The notes: generated by a model not told the origin, from the letters alone. Shown: positions 9,623 to 20,081, counted from the stretch's first letter. The stretch: DNA of 64,000 nt from Candidatus Melainabacteria bacterium 17Bon1m (GCA_032128875.1 JAVLKG010000003.1:545008-609007); one strand, 5' to 3'. A program made the numbers and translations.

Positions 9623-10585
9623 TTACCGGAAGCGGAGCTTTAGTTTATTTAAAATGCTGTCGGTGTCGACATGTTGCTTGATGCGATCGGTGAGCCCGCG
9701 CACTTCATCCTTAACTGATTGCGAAGTTACTCCTGCAAGAGCACACGTCATAAGCGAATGTACTTGATACTCATAGTCTTCATTGAGCGCCATCATTAGC
9801 TCTGGAATGTTTTCGATGCGAAAGATACGCCAATCACCGAAGGAATTGTTTGGATACATTCCCAGGTTTACAATAATTTCTTTGCCGGCTTTCGGGCTAT
9901 TGAACTTAAATCCAACAATTGTTCTTGGATATCCTTTCTCGTCTTTGATCGTTTTCCACCCTGTCACGCCACGGAAGTTGTCTTTGGTAAAGCCGTATTC
10001 ATCGATAAGTAATTTTGCTTGAAACCCGATAATCTGCGGTGGAGAACCAAGTAGCTTTCCTGTGATGGTCTTTGGCTGTTGTCTTGCACACGCTGTGAGT
10101 CGCATGTAGGTTTCGTTTTTGAGCCTGCCGGTTTCACGACCAAGCTCTCGTCCTGCGGCTTGAAAAAAGCCTTGTAAATCTCTTGCCTTTGGCACTTCAC
10201 CGGCGATAACTGCATCAGCACCATAATTGAACCGCTGCCCTGTATATCGTCCTTCTTGCGCACCGGTGTTTTGTATTGCACTTCGAATCTTATTGATCAG
10301 TTGCGAGCGTAAACTGTCTTTCGCGAAGGCAAGCGCTTCTTCACCCGTTGCACGTTGAAGTGACGTGAGTCCTGGTGTTGTGCTCGCCGGTTTTATCAAC
10401 AAGTCATCGATCAAATTATCAACAAACTGATCGATATCGACCCGTTTTTCAAAACCTTCTAAATCATGTCTGGCTGCGGCGATACCAGCTTCTTGAATGG
10501 CATACATTGGCGTCGACATCCAGTAAAGATATCCGCCCAGTCCGAGCAGTATCAAACCAAGGCAAACGAAAATTAGAATCTTCAC
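9623..10585 (-). CDS. Membrane-anchored hypothetical protein (DUF2939-like N-terminus)
   Basis: N-terminal TM helix, then TPMYAI...HDLEGFEKRVD. Confidence 0.7.
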   Translation of the reverse strand: MKILIFVCLGLILLGLGGYLYWMSTPMYAIQEAGIAAARHDLEGFEKRVDIDQFVDNLIDDLLIKPASTTPGLTSLQRATGEEALAFAKDSLRSQLINKIRSAIQNTGAQEGRYTGQRFNYGADAVIAGEVPKARDLQGFFQAAGRELGRETGRLKNETYMRLTACARQQPKTITGKLLGSPPQIIGFQAKLLIDEYGFTKDNFRGVTGWKTIKDEKGYPRTIVGFKFNSPKAGKEIIVNLGMYPNNSFGDWRIFRIENIPELMMALNEDYEYQVHSLMTCALAGVTSQSVKDEVRGLTDRIKQHVDTDSILNKLKLRFR

Positions 10586-10589
10586 GGCG

Positions 10590-12677
10590 CTAGTTTCTTG
10601 CTGAGTCGCCTTCAGAGACCTTTTCCATCTGCGGCGCTACGCCAGGGCCGAGAGCTTGTTTGAGCTTATCCAAACTTTCTTTGGCCGCTTGTATATAAGG
10701 ACCATCAGGATCCAATTTCACATATTTTTCGTAAGATGCAACCGCGTCTTGCTGATCGCCTTTTGCTTGATAGATCATACCGAGCGCATAGTAGGCATTA
10801 GCGTAATTAGGATCGATTTTGATGGCGCGATTGTATTCAATGATCGCGTCATCGGGTCTTTCCATGCCCATCAACGCAACGCCCAGATTGTAGTGAGCAA
10901 GCGAATTTTCCGGCTGCATTTGGATGGCTTTCACGTAAGCATCTTGTGCAGCTTGATATGCCTTTTGACCAAGATAGATGTTGCCGATATTGATATTTGC
11001 TTCTACCAAATTCGGATTCATTTCCAATGCTTTCTTGTACTGACCCAACGCTGCAGTCAATTCTTTATTGCGCTCAAGCGCCAATCCAAGGTCGTTATAG
11101 GCATCGGCAGAACGAGGATTGACTTGAACAATCTGCTGATACGCTTCAATAGACTGCGCACGTTTTCCTTGTTGTTCCAAATTCTCTGCAAGCAATTCGA
11201 GTACGGCCACGTCCTCTGGGTTTTTAGCAAGAAGCTGACGGTAAGTAACTTCCGCTTTATCAGCCATACCTGTTTGTCCATTCAAACTCGCCAGTGCAAG
11301 AATTGTGTTTCTGTCCGTGGGAGAAAGTCCGATCGCAGAATCAAGAGCAGAACGCGCACCAGCAAAGTCTTTCAACTTCATGAGCGTGTTGCCCAATTCT
11401 AAAAATGCTGCCGGATCTGTTCCGTCGATACTCAAACCTTGTCTGTAATACTCAACGGCAGTTGGTAGGTTGCCGCCAAGCAAATAGTTTCTGCCCAAGT
11501 TGATCATCGCAGTGCCGTCGTTCGGATTCGCAGCAATAACAGCTTTGAATTCGTTTTCAGCATCTCCCAATTTACCTTGCTTCTGTCTGATGATACCCAG
11601 GTTGTAGTGGGCGTTTACGAAATCTGGCTTGATGCGAACGACTTGCGTGAATGCGTCAGCAGCGCCATCGAGGTCGCCGGTCAATTGCAGAATGTAGCCC
11701 ATGCTGTATGCGCTATCCGAGTCAGATGGATTGATTCTGATCGCTGTGCGATATTCGCCGACCGCTTTGTTGAACTCTTTTAGTTTGGTATAAACATCAC
11801 CGAGCTGGGCATGCCATTCACCCTTATTGTCATTGAGTTGCAGTGCCGCTCTCAACTCATTTGCAGCTTCGGTGTATTTGCCGCGCATCGCAAGAGTGCT
11901 TGCGAGCAAGGCATGCACATCTGGAACTTTCGGATCGATTTTGACAGCGCGTGCAAAGGCATCTGTTGCGCCATCAATATCCTTTTGAGCCAAAAGGCAG
12001 TTTGCCAGGTTGTATTGCATGGAGAAATTGTTCGGTTCGTGCGCCAGAATGCGCTTGTATTCTTGCGACGCGGCAGCGAACTGACCTTTGTCTTGCAGTG
12101 AAGCAGCTAGTTGTGAACGGGCTCTGAGGTGGTCTGGATAATTTTCGACTACGCGTCGAAGCTCGTTGATGGCGCTGTCCAGATTGCCCTGAATGCGGTG
12201 TGCGATACCAAGGTTGAGGTAGAACAATGGAATGTCCGGGCGAAGCTTGATGGCTTCTTCGTATTGCTGAATTGCTTCGTCCATTTCGCCTTGACTTTGC
12301 AAAAGCGAGCCTAGCGACTCACGGGCAAATGCGTCATAGGGGCGAAGTGAGATAGCGCGTCTGTATTCGGCTATCGCGTCATCGACATCACCGTGTTGGT
12401 GAAGAACAGCAGCCAAGCTCAAATGCACCAGCGGATCTTCCGGGCAGTTCAATGCAAGCGCCTTAAACGCGCTGAGAGCATTGTCTAAATCGCCCTTCTT
12501 GAAGAAAGTAACGCCTTGATAGTACTGCTCCAGCATAGGCTTGGACATGCCTGCGCTTTCTTTGTCTGCGGCCACTGCTGCAGTGCCTGCAAGAGCTATC
12601 GAGATTGCCAGAAGGACCGATATCTGCCTCACCTTTTCACTCCTCAGCGCTGATTGACAACGTGGAATCCAAATCAA
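10590..12677 (-). CDS. Exported multi-TPR protein
   Basis: Signal peptide plus many 34-aa TPR units (A..NLG...A...Y..A....P). Confidence 0.92.
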   Translation of the reverse strand: MIWIPRCQSALRSEKVRQISVLLAISIALAGTAAVAADKESAGMSKPMLEQYYQGVTFFKKGDLDNALSAFKALALNCPEDPLVHLSLAAVLHQHGDVDDAIAEYRRAISLRPYDAFARESLGSLLQSQGEMDEAIQQYEEAIKLRPDIPLFYLNLGIAHRIQGNLDSAINELRRVVENYPDHLRARSQLAASLQDKGQFAAASQEYKRILAHEPNNFSMQYNLANCLLAQKDIDGATDAFARAVKIDPKVPDVHALLASTLAMRGKYTEAANELRAALQLNDNKGEWHAQLGDVYTKLKEFNKAVGEYRTAIRINPSDSDSAYSMGYILQLTGDLDGAADAFTQVVRIKPDFVNAHYNLGIIRQKQGKLGDAENEFKAVIAANPNDGTAMINLGRNYLLGGNLPTAVEYYRQGLSIDGTDPAAFLELGNTLMKLKDFAGARSALDSAIGLSPTDRNTILALASLNGQTGMADKAEVTYRQLLAKNPEDVAVLELLAENLEQQGKRAQSIEAYQQIVQVNPRSADAYNDLGLALERNKELTAALGQYKKALEMNPNLVEANINIGNIYLGQKAYQAAQDAYVKAIQMQPENSLAHYNLGVALMGMERPDDAIIEYNRAIKIDPNYANAYYALGMIYQAKGDQQDAVASYEKYVKLDPDGPYIQAAKESLDKLKQALGPGVAPQMEKVSEGDSARN

Positions 12678-12958
12678 AATTCAGTTGGGGTGCCATTCAA
12701 GGCCACAAAAACAATATTATGACCGATGATGCCCCGCTAAGAAACCCATCATTACTAAATCGCATGCTTTTCAAGGGGTTGGCGGTACTCGGCGCAATCA
12801 CCGAAAATGCTGTCCTTACCTGGTTTTGCGAAGATTTCTAAGGATTCGAACTAAGACACATTGCACCACAATTCTAGTAACCCGGAAGGACTTAGAGTGT
12901 CTTCCATAGATCTTGTGACAGCAGGATATGGAAAATGTTTCTGACTTATTGGAATTAG

Positions 12959-13012
12959 AATCAGAAGTTTTAAATCAGGAGTTCCAATCAGGAGTTCCAA
13001 ACCAGGAATTCC
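12959..13012. repeat. Short intergenic tandem repeat, about 13-bp unit
   Basis: AATCAGGAGTTCC twice (12973-12998) with degenerate copies on both sides. Confidence 0.7.
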
Positions 13013-13053
13013 ACCGAAGTCGGCTAGCATTTGTTCGAAGCCGCTCTGATGCC

Positions 13054-15993
13054 TCAAGCGGTTGGCTGGGACTGCTCTCCTGCCTTCTTCTTTCTTGTAA
13101 AGACCATCGCCAGTAAAAGAAGAGAAAGCGTTCCAAGAGCAAGTCCTGACCCTAGATAGAAGCTTAACGGGCGATAAGAAAATTCGACGACATGTTTGCC
13201 TGGTGCTACGGCAACCCCGCGAATAGCATAATTCGTGCACAGAATTGGTGTTTTCTTGCCATCAACCTCCGCTTCCCAACCAGGGTAAAAGTAGTCGGTA
13301 AAAACTAGCAAGGAGTCGCCTGCGGCATCGCAGTCGATGCGAACATTGTTGGGCGAGATGCGTTCTACATGCGGAACAGGCCCGTTGAACGAACCTTCAG
13401 GCAGCTTGTTGTTCGCCAGCTTTTCAAAAAGGCGTTTTTGACCTTCATCAAGAACGTCCATCTTTTGGAATATTCTGCAGAAGTCGGAATCACAGGGCTG
13501 CCACGTTTTGTCGTCAATTTCTACTATTGCAGTTTGGCGTGCCGGGAAGTCCGGCGATAATATTTTTTGTAAGGCTTCCTCACCAGTGCGGGCCGGCACG
13601 ACCTGCCCGACTAGGTAAGCCTGTGGCAGCGCGGTTGTGTTTCGGTAAATGCGAATATGATCTTCGCCAATTTCATGGAGCAATTGAAAGCGTTTTCCAT
13701 TAACAGAATTTGCAGCAGCAACAGTGGCTGGAACAGTCCAAGTGCCAAGGTTATAGACGTCACTAGTAGTCTTTTGTCCATCTTTGAGAGGAAGCAGGAA
13801 TGCAACTTTCGTGGAGTCGAATACTTTCACTCCAACCTGAAATTGTTGATTGGATTTAAGTGATTCCGGCAGTGGTGCCGTGAAGTTAAAACGGGGTTTG
13901 AAGAGTCCCCTGATTGGTGTGCTGCCGCCAAACCAGATTGGGTTGCCCTTTGCATCAGAGATGATCGGGACATAGTTGTACCGGTCAAAGGGTTCTGCTT
14001 TCCCGCGCGGAATCTTGGCCTTAGTACCTTCCTTTACCAGTTTGTTCCGCTTTTCTTCCGCATAGCGCTTAAGTACCGAGCGTCCATTTACATGCCAATC
14101 CAGACTTCCAATCACTTCTCTATTTTGAAAATCGATTGAGACATCCGACGCGTTAAGAACGATGCCGCCTTCGAATACTGCTGGTTTTGACACCTTAATG
14201 CACGTGTCCTTCTCCAACTCTTCGTCAGCGGAAATCGCTGGCGATAAGCCAATCACGTAAGCCACGCTGAATAAATCGAGAAGCTTGGATTGCTCCCTGT
14301 CTTCGGGCAGTATGTTGAAGAAATCGACATGCAGGCGCGCTTTCCGCATGAGGTCGTAAAAGCGTTTGTGAAAGGCTGCATTGTGCTGGGCAAGACTGCG
14401 AATGCCATAGACGGCATTGCTATTTGCCGCTAAGACGGAAAATCCTAATGGTGCCACTCGTTCTCCAGTTTCTTTCAAGAGCTTGTGCGCTGGTGTCAGT
14501 GCGAATTCAAAATTTGGACGAACCGGCAGTGCGTTCCGACTTACAAGCAATTCGCTTAAGAGGCACAAGCTGAGCGCTGCGATCGATAGCTGCGTGGCAG
14601 ATACTTTTGCAAGTCTATAAACCACAATGACGCCTATGAACGCTAGCGATATGAAAAGGTCGGTTAACCAGATTTTGGCTTGCAGTCTGACTTGGGGAAG
14701 TTCTCCTGCGAAACTGAGGCTGCTGAGATTTACGTGGCACAGATTTAAAATCTGAGGCAAACCCAGAGCAATTGCCAGCACCACTGACATTGCGAGCAAG
14801 CACCGTTTTGATTTAAGCGCATCCTGCCGGAGTGCATCGACACCAAAACCCAAACCAAGCGCAATCAGTATTAGAAAAGAAAAGGAGTAATATGCGCCTG
14901 GTATCAGTTGTAGTGGCGTTCTGCTTGAAAGCCAGCCAATTGGACCAATCGAGCACATAACTGGATAGATGAGAACAGCCGATGCTGCAATGCAGTGAAA
15001 GATTTTTTGCTGTTGATCTTTAACGAAAAACGCTGCAGCAAGTAACGGCAAAGCCAAGATACCGAACCACGGAGATTGAGGTCCCAAGCCTGGATGCATC
15101 AGAAAGTAGGGAAGGCTCATCCAGGGGAAGATATCTTGCTCCAAATTGAATTTGTAGCAAGCGCATGCCTTCATAAATTCTATTGCCGGAAACAATATCG
15201 GCGATGCTAAACATGCACTCAAGACGCCAATGCAAGCGATGCCGAGGAATGCGTTACGAACGGTTGTGACGCGCGATTCACCGGAGTGGTAGACAAAGAC
15301 CAATAACAGCACATAGAGAATACTCGCCGCAAAAATGCCTCCAAAAACTATGAGCGGATGCCCAGTAAAAATTATCAGAGCTGTCATTGCGGCAGCGAGA
15401 GCTAGCCGAGGCACACTGTTTTTTTGCGCAGCCCGTATAAATGCCGCAAATAAATAGGGACAAAGTGTGTATGTTGGACCGGCCATTAGTTCCAGGTACG
15501 TCAACTGATATGGTGACAAGGCATAAACAGTGGCCACGAACATGGAGCTGAGGACGCTCAGGCGGAGAATTCTTGAAAGCAAGAAACAGCCGATAGCGCC
15601 GCAAGCTACTTGCAGGAGAAGCACCTGGTTGTAAAACGCGATAGTTGGGCAGAGGCTAGACAATATACGCCACGGCGAAAAAATGCAGGACTGCAAGTCG
15701 CCAATCAATGGAAAGCCAAGGCCCACATACGGGCTCCATAGCGGCAAAATTCCGTCGCGCCAATACTGCCCGATGGTCACAAAATTGGGCGCTTTCAGCA
15801 AATAAAGTGATGTATCCCAGGCAAAATAGGCTGATGGGTCACGGAATTGGCTGTACAAAAGGTCTCGGTTAGCCAGCAAGAAAGTCTTGGAAATTGGCAG
15901 GTGAAGAATGAATGTCTTGTAGAAGAAAGCCAACAAGAACAACGCGATGCCGAAAACGGCAAGCAATTCCTTATGCCGGCGAATGAAATTCAT
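13054..15993 (-). CDS. YfhO-family (GT-C-like) polytopic membrane protein
   Basis: PLWSPYVGLGFPL, many TM helices, C-terminal YFYPGWEAEVDG...RGVAVAPGKHVVEFSYRP. Confidence 0.88.
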   Translation of the reverse strand: MNFIRRHKELLAVFGIALFLLAFFYKTFILHLPISKTFLLANRDLLYSQFRDPSAYFAWDTSLYLLKAPNFVTIGQYWRDGILPLWSPYVGLGFPLIGDLQSCIFSPWRILSSLCPTIAFYNQVLLLQVACGAIGCFLLSRILRLSVLSSMFVATVYALSPYQLTYLELMAGPTYTLCPYLFAAFIRAAQKNSVPRLALAAAMTALIIFTGHPLIVFGGIFAASILYVLLLVFVYHSGESRVTTVRNAFLGIACIGVLSACLASPILFPAIEFMKACACYKFNLEQDIFPWMSLPYFLMHPGLGPQSPWFGILALPLLAAAFFVKDQQQKIFHCIAASAVLIYPVMCSIGPIGWLSSRTPLQLIPGAYYSFSFLILIALGLGFGVDALRQDALKSKRCLLAMSVVLAIALGLPQILNLCHVNLSSLSFAGELPQVRLQAKIWLTDLFISLAFIGVIVVYRLAKVSATQLSIAALSLCLLSELLVSRNALPVRPNFEFALTPAHKLLKETGERVAPLGFSVLAANSNAVYGIRSLAQHNAAFHKRFYDLMRKARLHVDFFNILPEDREQSKLLDLFSVAYVIGLSPAISADEELEKDTCIKVSKPAVFEGGIVLNASDVSIDFQNREVIGSLDWHVNGRSVLKRYAEEKRNKLVKEGTKAKIPRGKAEPFDRYNYVPIISDAKGNPIWFGGSTPIRGLFKPRFNFTAPLPESLKSNQQFQVGVKVFDSTKVAFLLPLKDGQKTTSDVYNLGTWTVPATVAAANSVNGKRFQLLHEIGEDHIRIYRNTTALPQAYLVGQVVPARTGEEALQKILSPDFPARQTAIVEIDDKTWQPCDSDFCRIFQKMDVLDEGQKRLFEKLANNKLPEGSFNGPVPHVERISPNNVRIDCDAAGDSLLVFTDYFYPGWEAEVDGKKTPILCTNYAIRGVAVAPGKHVVEFSYRPLSFYLGSGLALGTLSLLLLAMVFTRKKKAGEQSQPTA

Positions 15994-16519
15994 AAGAAAT
16001 GAACCAAAGACCTTATTTAGTTAAAGCAGTAAAGCAAAATAACTATTGTTCTACATGAACTATAAATAGATGTGCCTGCTTGCGGCGGGGTCGGATTGCG
16101 CTCATTACCAAGAATAAGTTGTTACTATTGGTGGTAGTGGATGGTGAGTAACGCGTGAAACGCTCGAAAATTGCCTCTTTTCAGAGAATCGCAGATGAAT
16201 TTTCTGGTCATAACGTGAGTTTTGCTCCCCAAGAGCCGGTTACAAAATTCAAAGTGTATATAGTGCATATTCCTTGCCCGGTAAGGGTTTTCAGCTGCGG
16301 GATGTCAAGGTTCCCATTTCTTTCTTAGACAGGTTGGCTAATAACTGACGTCGTTTTTTGGACAGGTTGCACATTGTCCTGAATGTGCCATCGGGTGTAC
16401 ATTTAGAGAAGATAGCGGAAGTGAACCGGCATCCAGTGCGCACAAAAATGCGTCCGCATGCGCGTTCATACGTCTATCTAAGGTGACACGGACCAACCTC
16501 GTTAGGGAGCAGTCCTTTT

Positions 16520-16558
16520 ATGCGTAAGCTACGTAAAATCAAAACACCATTCAGTTAG
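16520..16558 (+). CDS. Candidate leader peptide MRKLRKIKTPFS
   Basis: ATG to TAG, preceded by AGGGAG; lies in the leader of the aminotransferase gene. Confidence 0.3.
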   Translation: MRKLRKIKTPFS

Positions 16559-16711
16559 CGTAGCCTGTTGGCGTGGGGCGGCATTACTGCGCCCAGACTT
16601 GGACTTACAACAAACAATGGAGAGAGAGCTCTAAGAGGCTTTCTCCGGAGTTACACACACCAAATACGGTAGCAAGCACAGCTTGTGACCGAGTTTCAGG
16701 AAGGTTTTTTT

Positions 16712-18316
16712 ATGGCTCTGTATCAGAAAGACACTACCGTTAAGCGATTTCCGGTTGTCGATCGTGGACCCAGTCACTATGAAGAGATTGCCGGACGTGC
16801 GCTCGAAAATTCCATCAATCATTTGAACCCATACTTCGCTAACAAGCTTTGCGGCTCGGAAGGTGCAGTCGAGTTTAGAGATGGCGGCGTTTACACCTAC
16901 GACACGCACGGCAAGCGTTACCTCGACTGCCTCGGCGGCTACGGTATCTTCAACGTCGGTCACCGTCACCCGAAGGTCATTGCTGCTGTAAAAGCTCAGC
17001 TCGACCAAGTCTGCCTGCACAGCCAAGACTTGCTTAACCCATGGGCTGGACACCTCGCAAGCCAGTTGGCAGCGATTGCTCCAGGCGATATTCAGTATGC
17101 ATTTTTCTGCAACAGCGGAACCGAAGCAGTTGAAGGGGCTTTGAAACTGGCTCGCCTCTACACAGGCAAGTCTGAAATCATCTCGACGAAGAACGCCTAT
17201 CACGGCGTCAGCATGGGCGCACTCTCGGCTACCGGCCGCGATTGTTTCCGCAAGCCGTTCGAGCCATTGCTCAATGGTTTCACCCATGTTCCGTTCGGCG
17301 ATATCAAGGCACTGGAAAAAGCAATCACCAAGAACACCGCAGCCGTAATCCTTGAGCCAATTCAAGGTGAAGGCGGCATCAACGTTCCTTCTGAAGGCTA
17401 CTTACGCAAAGTTCGTCAGCTGACCAAGAAGAAAGGCGTATTGCTTATTCTTGACGAGGTGCAAACCGGTCTTGGAAGAACAGGCCGCATGTTCGCTTGC
17501 GATCATGAAGGTGTGGTTCCGGACATCATCTGCTTGGCAAAGGCTCTTGGCGGCGGCGTTATGCCGATCGGTGCTTTTATGGCATCTGCCAAAGTCTGGA
17601 AAGTTTTAGAACCGAACCCGAGCATTCACAACTCCACATTTGGTGGCAACCCGCTGGCATGTACTGCTGCTTCTGCCACTATCGAAGTGTTGATGGAAGA
17701 GCACCTTCCAGCTCGCGCCGCTGTTATGGGCAACCACTTCATGCGTCGCTTGCAAGAGCTGAAGAAAAAATATCCGAAGCACATCATGGAAGCTCGTGGT
17801 CGCGGATTGCTAATCGGCTTGGAATTTTCAACACAGGCTTTGCGTGTTGATGTTCAGACCGAACTGTTCCACCGTGGAGTATTGGTTGCTGCCACGATGA
17901 ACTCGAACCGCACCATCCGTATCGAGCCACCTTTGATCATCACTGAGTCACAGATCAATTTCATGATCGACACTCTTGAGTCGATCCTCTCTGAGATCAC
18001 TGAAGTTCCCCAAGACGAGCCGGAAGTTGTAGTCAAACCTGTTAAGAAGCTGGTCAAAAAGCTGGTCAAGAAATCAGTCAAAAAGGCTGTTCGCAAACCT
18101 GCTAAAAAATCAGCGAAAAAACCGGTAAAGGCAAAAACGTCTTCCAAGGCAAAGGCTAAAACAACCGCCAAAGCCAAGAAGTCGAGCACAAAAGCGAAAG
18201 CAAAAACCAGCACGAAAGCCAAAGGTTCAAACAAATCCAAGGCAAAAACCAAAGTAGCTGCCAAAGCAAAATCTGCGCCCAAAGCTAAAGCGAAAAAGGC
18301 GAAGAAAGCTAAGTAA
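16712..18316 (+). CDS. patA: Putrescine aminotransferase-like class III PLP enzyme with Lys/Ala-rich histone H1-like C-terminal tail
   Basis: DCLGGYGIFNVGHRHP, LHSQ, FFCNSGTEAVE, DEVQTG, AKALGGG, STFGGNPLAC, TIRIEPPL; RBS AGGAAGG. Confidence 0.85.
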   Translation: MALYQKDTTVKRFPVVDRGPSHYEEIAGRALENSINHLNPYFANKLCGSEGAVEFRDGGVYTYDTHGKRYLDCLGGYGIFNVGHRHPKVIAAVKAQLDQVCLHSQDLLNPWAGHLASQLAAIAPGDIQYAFFCNSGTEAVEGALKLARLYTGKSEIISTKNAYHGVSMGALSATGRDCFRKPFEPLLNGFTHVPFGDIKALEKAITKNTAAVILEPIQGEGGINVPSEGYLRKVRQLTKKKGVLLILDEVQTGLGRTGRMFACDHEGVVPDIICLAKALGGGVMPIGAFMASAKVWKVLEPNPSIHNSTFGGNPLACTAASATIEVLMEEHLPARAAVMGNHFMRRLQELKKKYPKHIMEARGRGLLIGLEFSTQALRVDVQTELFHRGVLVAATMNSNRTIRIEPPLIITESQINFMIDTLESILSEITEVPQDEPEVVVKPVKKLVKKLVKKSVKKAVRKPAKKSAKKPVKAKTSSKAKAKTTAKAKKSSTKAKAKTSTKAKGSNKSKAKTKVAAKAKSAPKAKAKKAKKAK

Positions 18317-18352
18317 TCGACTCAAGAATCAGAAAGTCAGAAAGGACAAAAT

Positions 18353-18553
18353 ATGATTATTGCCAATAGTTCCAGCATGCTCCGGTCTCAGATTTCGAGA
18401 CTGCAAGAGCTTGGGAAGCACGAAGAAGCCATGGCTGTGCTCCAACGTTTCTTGGAGCTGGAGCGTGAAGTACATGCAACAAATCTCGCGGAAAGCGACG
18501 CCGAGCCGAAAAGCACGATTATCGCTTTCCCGCGGTTAAGGCCAGTTTCCTAA
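18353..18553 (+). CDS. Small hypothetical protein
   Basis: RBS AAGGA, ATG start, helical-looking sequence, followed by a terminator. Confidence 0.55.
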   Translation: MIIANSSSMLRSQISRLQELGKHEEAMAVLQRFLELEREVHATNLAESDAEPKSTIIAFPRLRPVS

Positions 18554-18580
18554 CCACCTGAAACATCACACCTACAAAAC

Positions 18581-18606
18581 GGCCGGCAAGCGATTGCCGG
18601 TCTTTT
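18581..18606 (+). terminator. Intrinsic terminator
   Basis: GGCCGGCAA-GCGA-TTGCCGGTC followed by TTTT. Confidence 0.75.
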
Positions 18607-18709
18607 GATATGTGCTCAATGAACGCTATCTCACGCGCACGAAGACGCACATGCTGAATTTGATGCATAATTGTTGCCCTTGATACCAGTTAACCGACTG
18701 CTGAGTTTT

Positions 18710-20044
18710 ATGCACAAACTTCCTTGGAAACCCTTTTGGAGATACACCCTGTTGCTTGGTCTTTTGGCGAGCAGCTGTCAGGGAAGTGATGCTGCTCCTT
18801 CGGCAAGTCAATTGTCATCTGCCTCGCCGCCATCGCATGCCAAGCAGCCCGCGCCGACGTTGCGCCGTTGGTATACCGTAGATGCGAGCAGCCCATCAGA
18901 ACTGAAGCGAAAGCAGGATTACCTTGCGCGAATTGATAGATTTTGGATTCAGTTCAGAAAGGAGCAAGCACAGCTGAGTTTGAGCGGGACTGGAAAAATC
19001 GATCACGCAGCGTGGGCCCAAAAGTACATAAAGCAGGTTGACCCTGAGATTTATTATGAGTTTGGACCCGGCGACAAGGCCCAGGAGACCAAGCTAGATT
19101 TTTCGTGTGTCGGCACGGATACACTCCTTCCTGTTGTGAAAGAGCTAGTTGCTAGAGCTCCCAAGATTGCGGGTTGGACGTTTTCTCCTTATAAGCGACC
19201 AACTAAATTCACCGCTGTGGAGGAGATGTTCAAAGCGCGCGGATTTAAGAAAGCTACTCCTCAGTTTCGTGCGGAGTTCACCGCCAATGAGTTCAACATT
19301 ATCGATGCCCTTGTTGGCTTTTCTGGTGCAACTGGCGATTACAACAAAGATGCAGAAACAGTTTTGCTTCTATCTGACATGATTCTCGGAGAGGAGGCTA
19401 GCGACATCTGGCTTGGAGAGCTGAACGCAAAGAAATTGGCGACACAGAAGAATTTTGACTATGTGCAGAGCGCAAAAGATTTTTCGAAAGCCTTTTACGA
19501 CAAGAAAAAGCAAATGTTAGCGACGTTGCCGAAGGTTCCGTACTACAAGTTGAAGGAATTTGGAACCTATGGAATGTTTGAGTTCCAGAACAAGGATGGT
19601 CGATACTCTCGAAGACAAACAATGTCAACCAGTGCTCAGAAGCTATGCAGCGCCCTGTCTATGGGAGTGCGTTTTCACTCCGAGCGCTTTTCCAATTTTG
19701 GAGAGAAGTTTGCGTATCTGCAGATTCCAAATGCAGGCGTATACGCTGCACCAAAAGAGCGCGGAAAAGTTGAAGATGCTTTGGACTCCGAACTAAGAAA
19801 AGCCCAACTTGGATGTGTGTTTGCTGCTGGTTTTGGAAAACCAGACATCTCATACATAGACCTCTGCCTTGTTGATGTAAACAGGGCTACGCCGATAATC
19901 AAGAAGATATGTGCTCAGTTCAAACTGTCGCACAAGAGTAATTTGCGCTTCTACGATTCTGACTGGCTTTATGAATGGGTAAAAATGTTTCCCGATACTC
20001 CTGTTCCTGACGACTTAGGAAAGCCATGGTTTTACAGACCATAG
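18710..20044 (+). CDS. Hypothetical lipoprotein-like protein, paralog A
   Basis: Signal ending LASSC; collinear with 20082-21389; start uncertain. Confidence 0.8.
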   Translation: MHKLPWKPFWRYTLLLGLLASSCQGSDAAPSASQLSSASPPSHAKQPAPTLRRWYTVDASSPSELKRKQDYLARIDRFWIQFRKEQAQLSLSGTGKIDHAAWAQKYIKQVDPEIYYEFGPGDKAQETKLDFSCVGTDTLLPVVKELVARAPKIAGWTFSPYKRPTKFTAVEEMFKARGFKKATPQFRAEFTANEFNIIDALVGFSGATGDYNKDAETVLLLSDMILGEEASDIWLGELNAKKLATQKNFDYVQSAKDFSKAFYDKKKQMLATLPKVPYYKLKEFGTYGMFEFQNKDGRYSRRQTMSTSAQKLCSALSMGVRFHSERFSNFGEKFAYLQIPNAGVYAAPKERGKVEDALDSELRKAQLGCVFAAGFGKPDISYIDLCLVDVNRATPIIKKICAQFKLSHKSNLRFYDSDWLYEWVKMFPDTPVPDDLGKPWFYRP

Positions 20045-20081
20045 CAATGTGTGTTCCGGTGCGGCAAAGAGGATTGATTAG

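Noticed and set aside
10656-11402. Long antisense ORFs (also 16631-17365, 51954-52589 and similar)
   Set aside because: Shadows of well-supported genes on the opposite strand
10590-12677. TPR protein as the SgmX-like partner of the MglA pair
   Set aside because: It has a signal peptide (exported) whereas MglA is cytoplasmic, and it is not in the same operon
16248-16268. NrdR-like site (TATATAGTGC) in the aminotransferase spacer
   Set aside because: Only one half-site matches and there is no partner box
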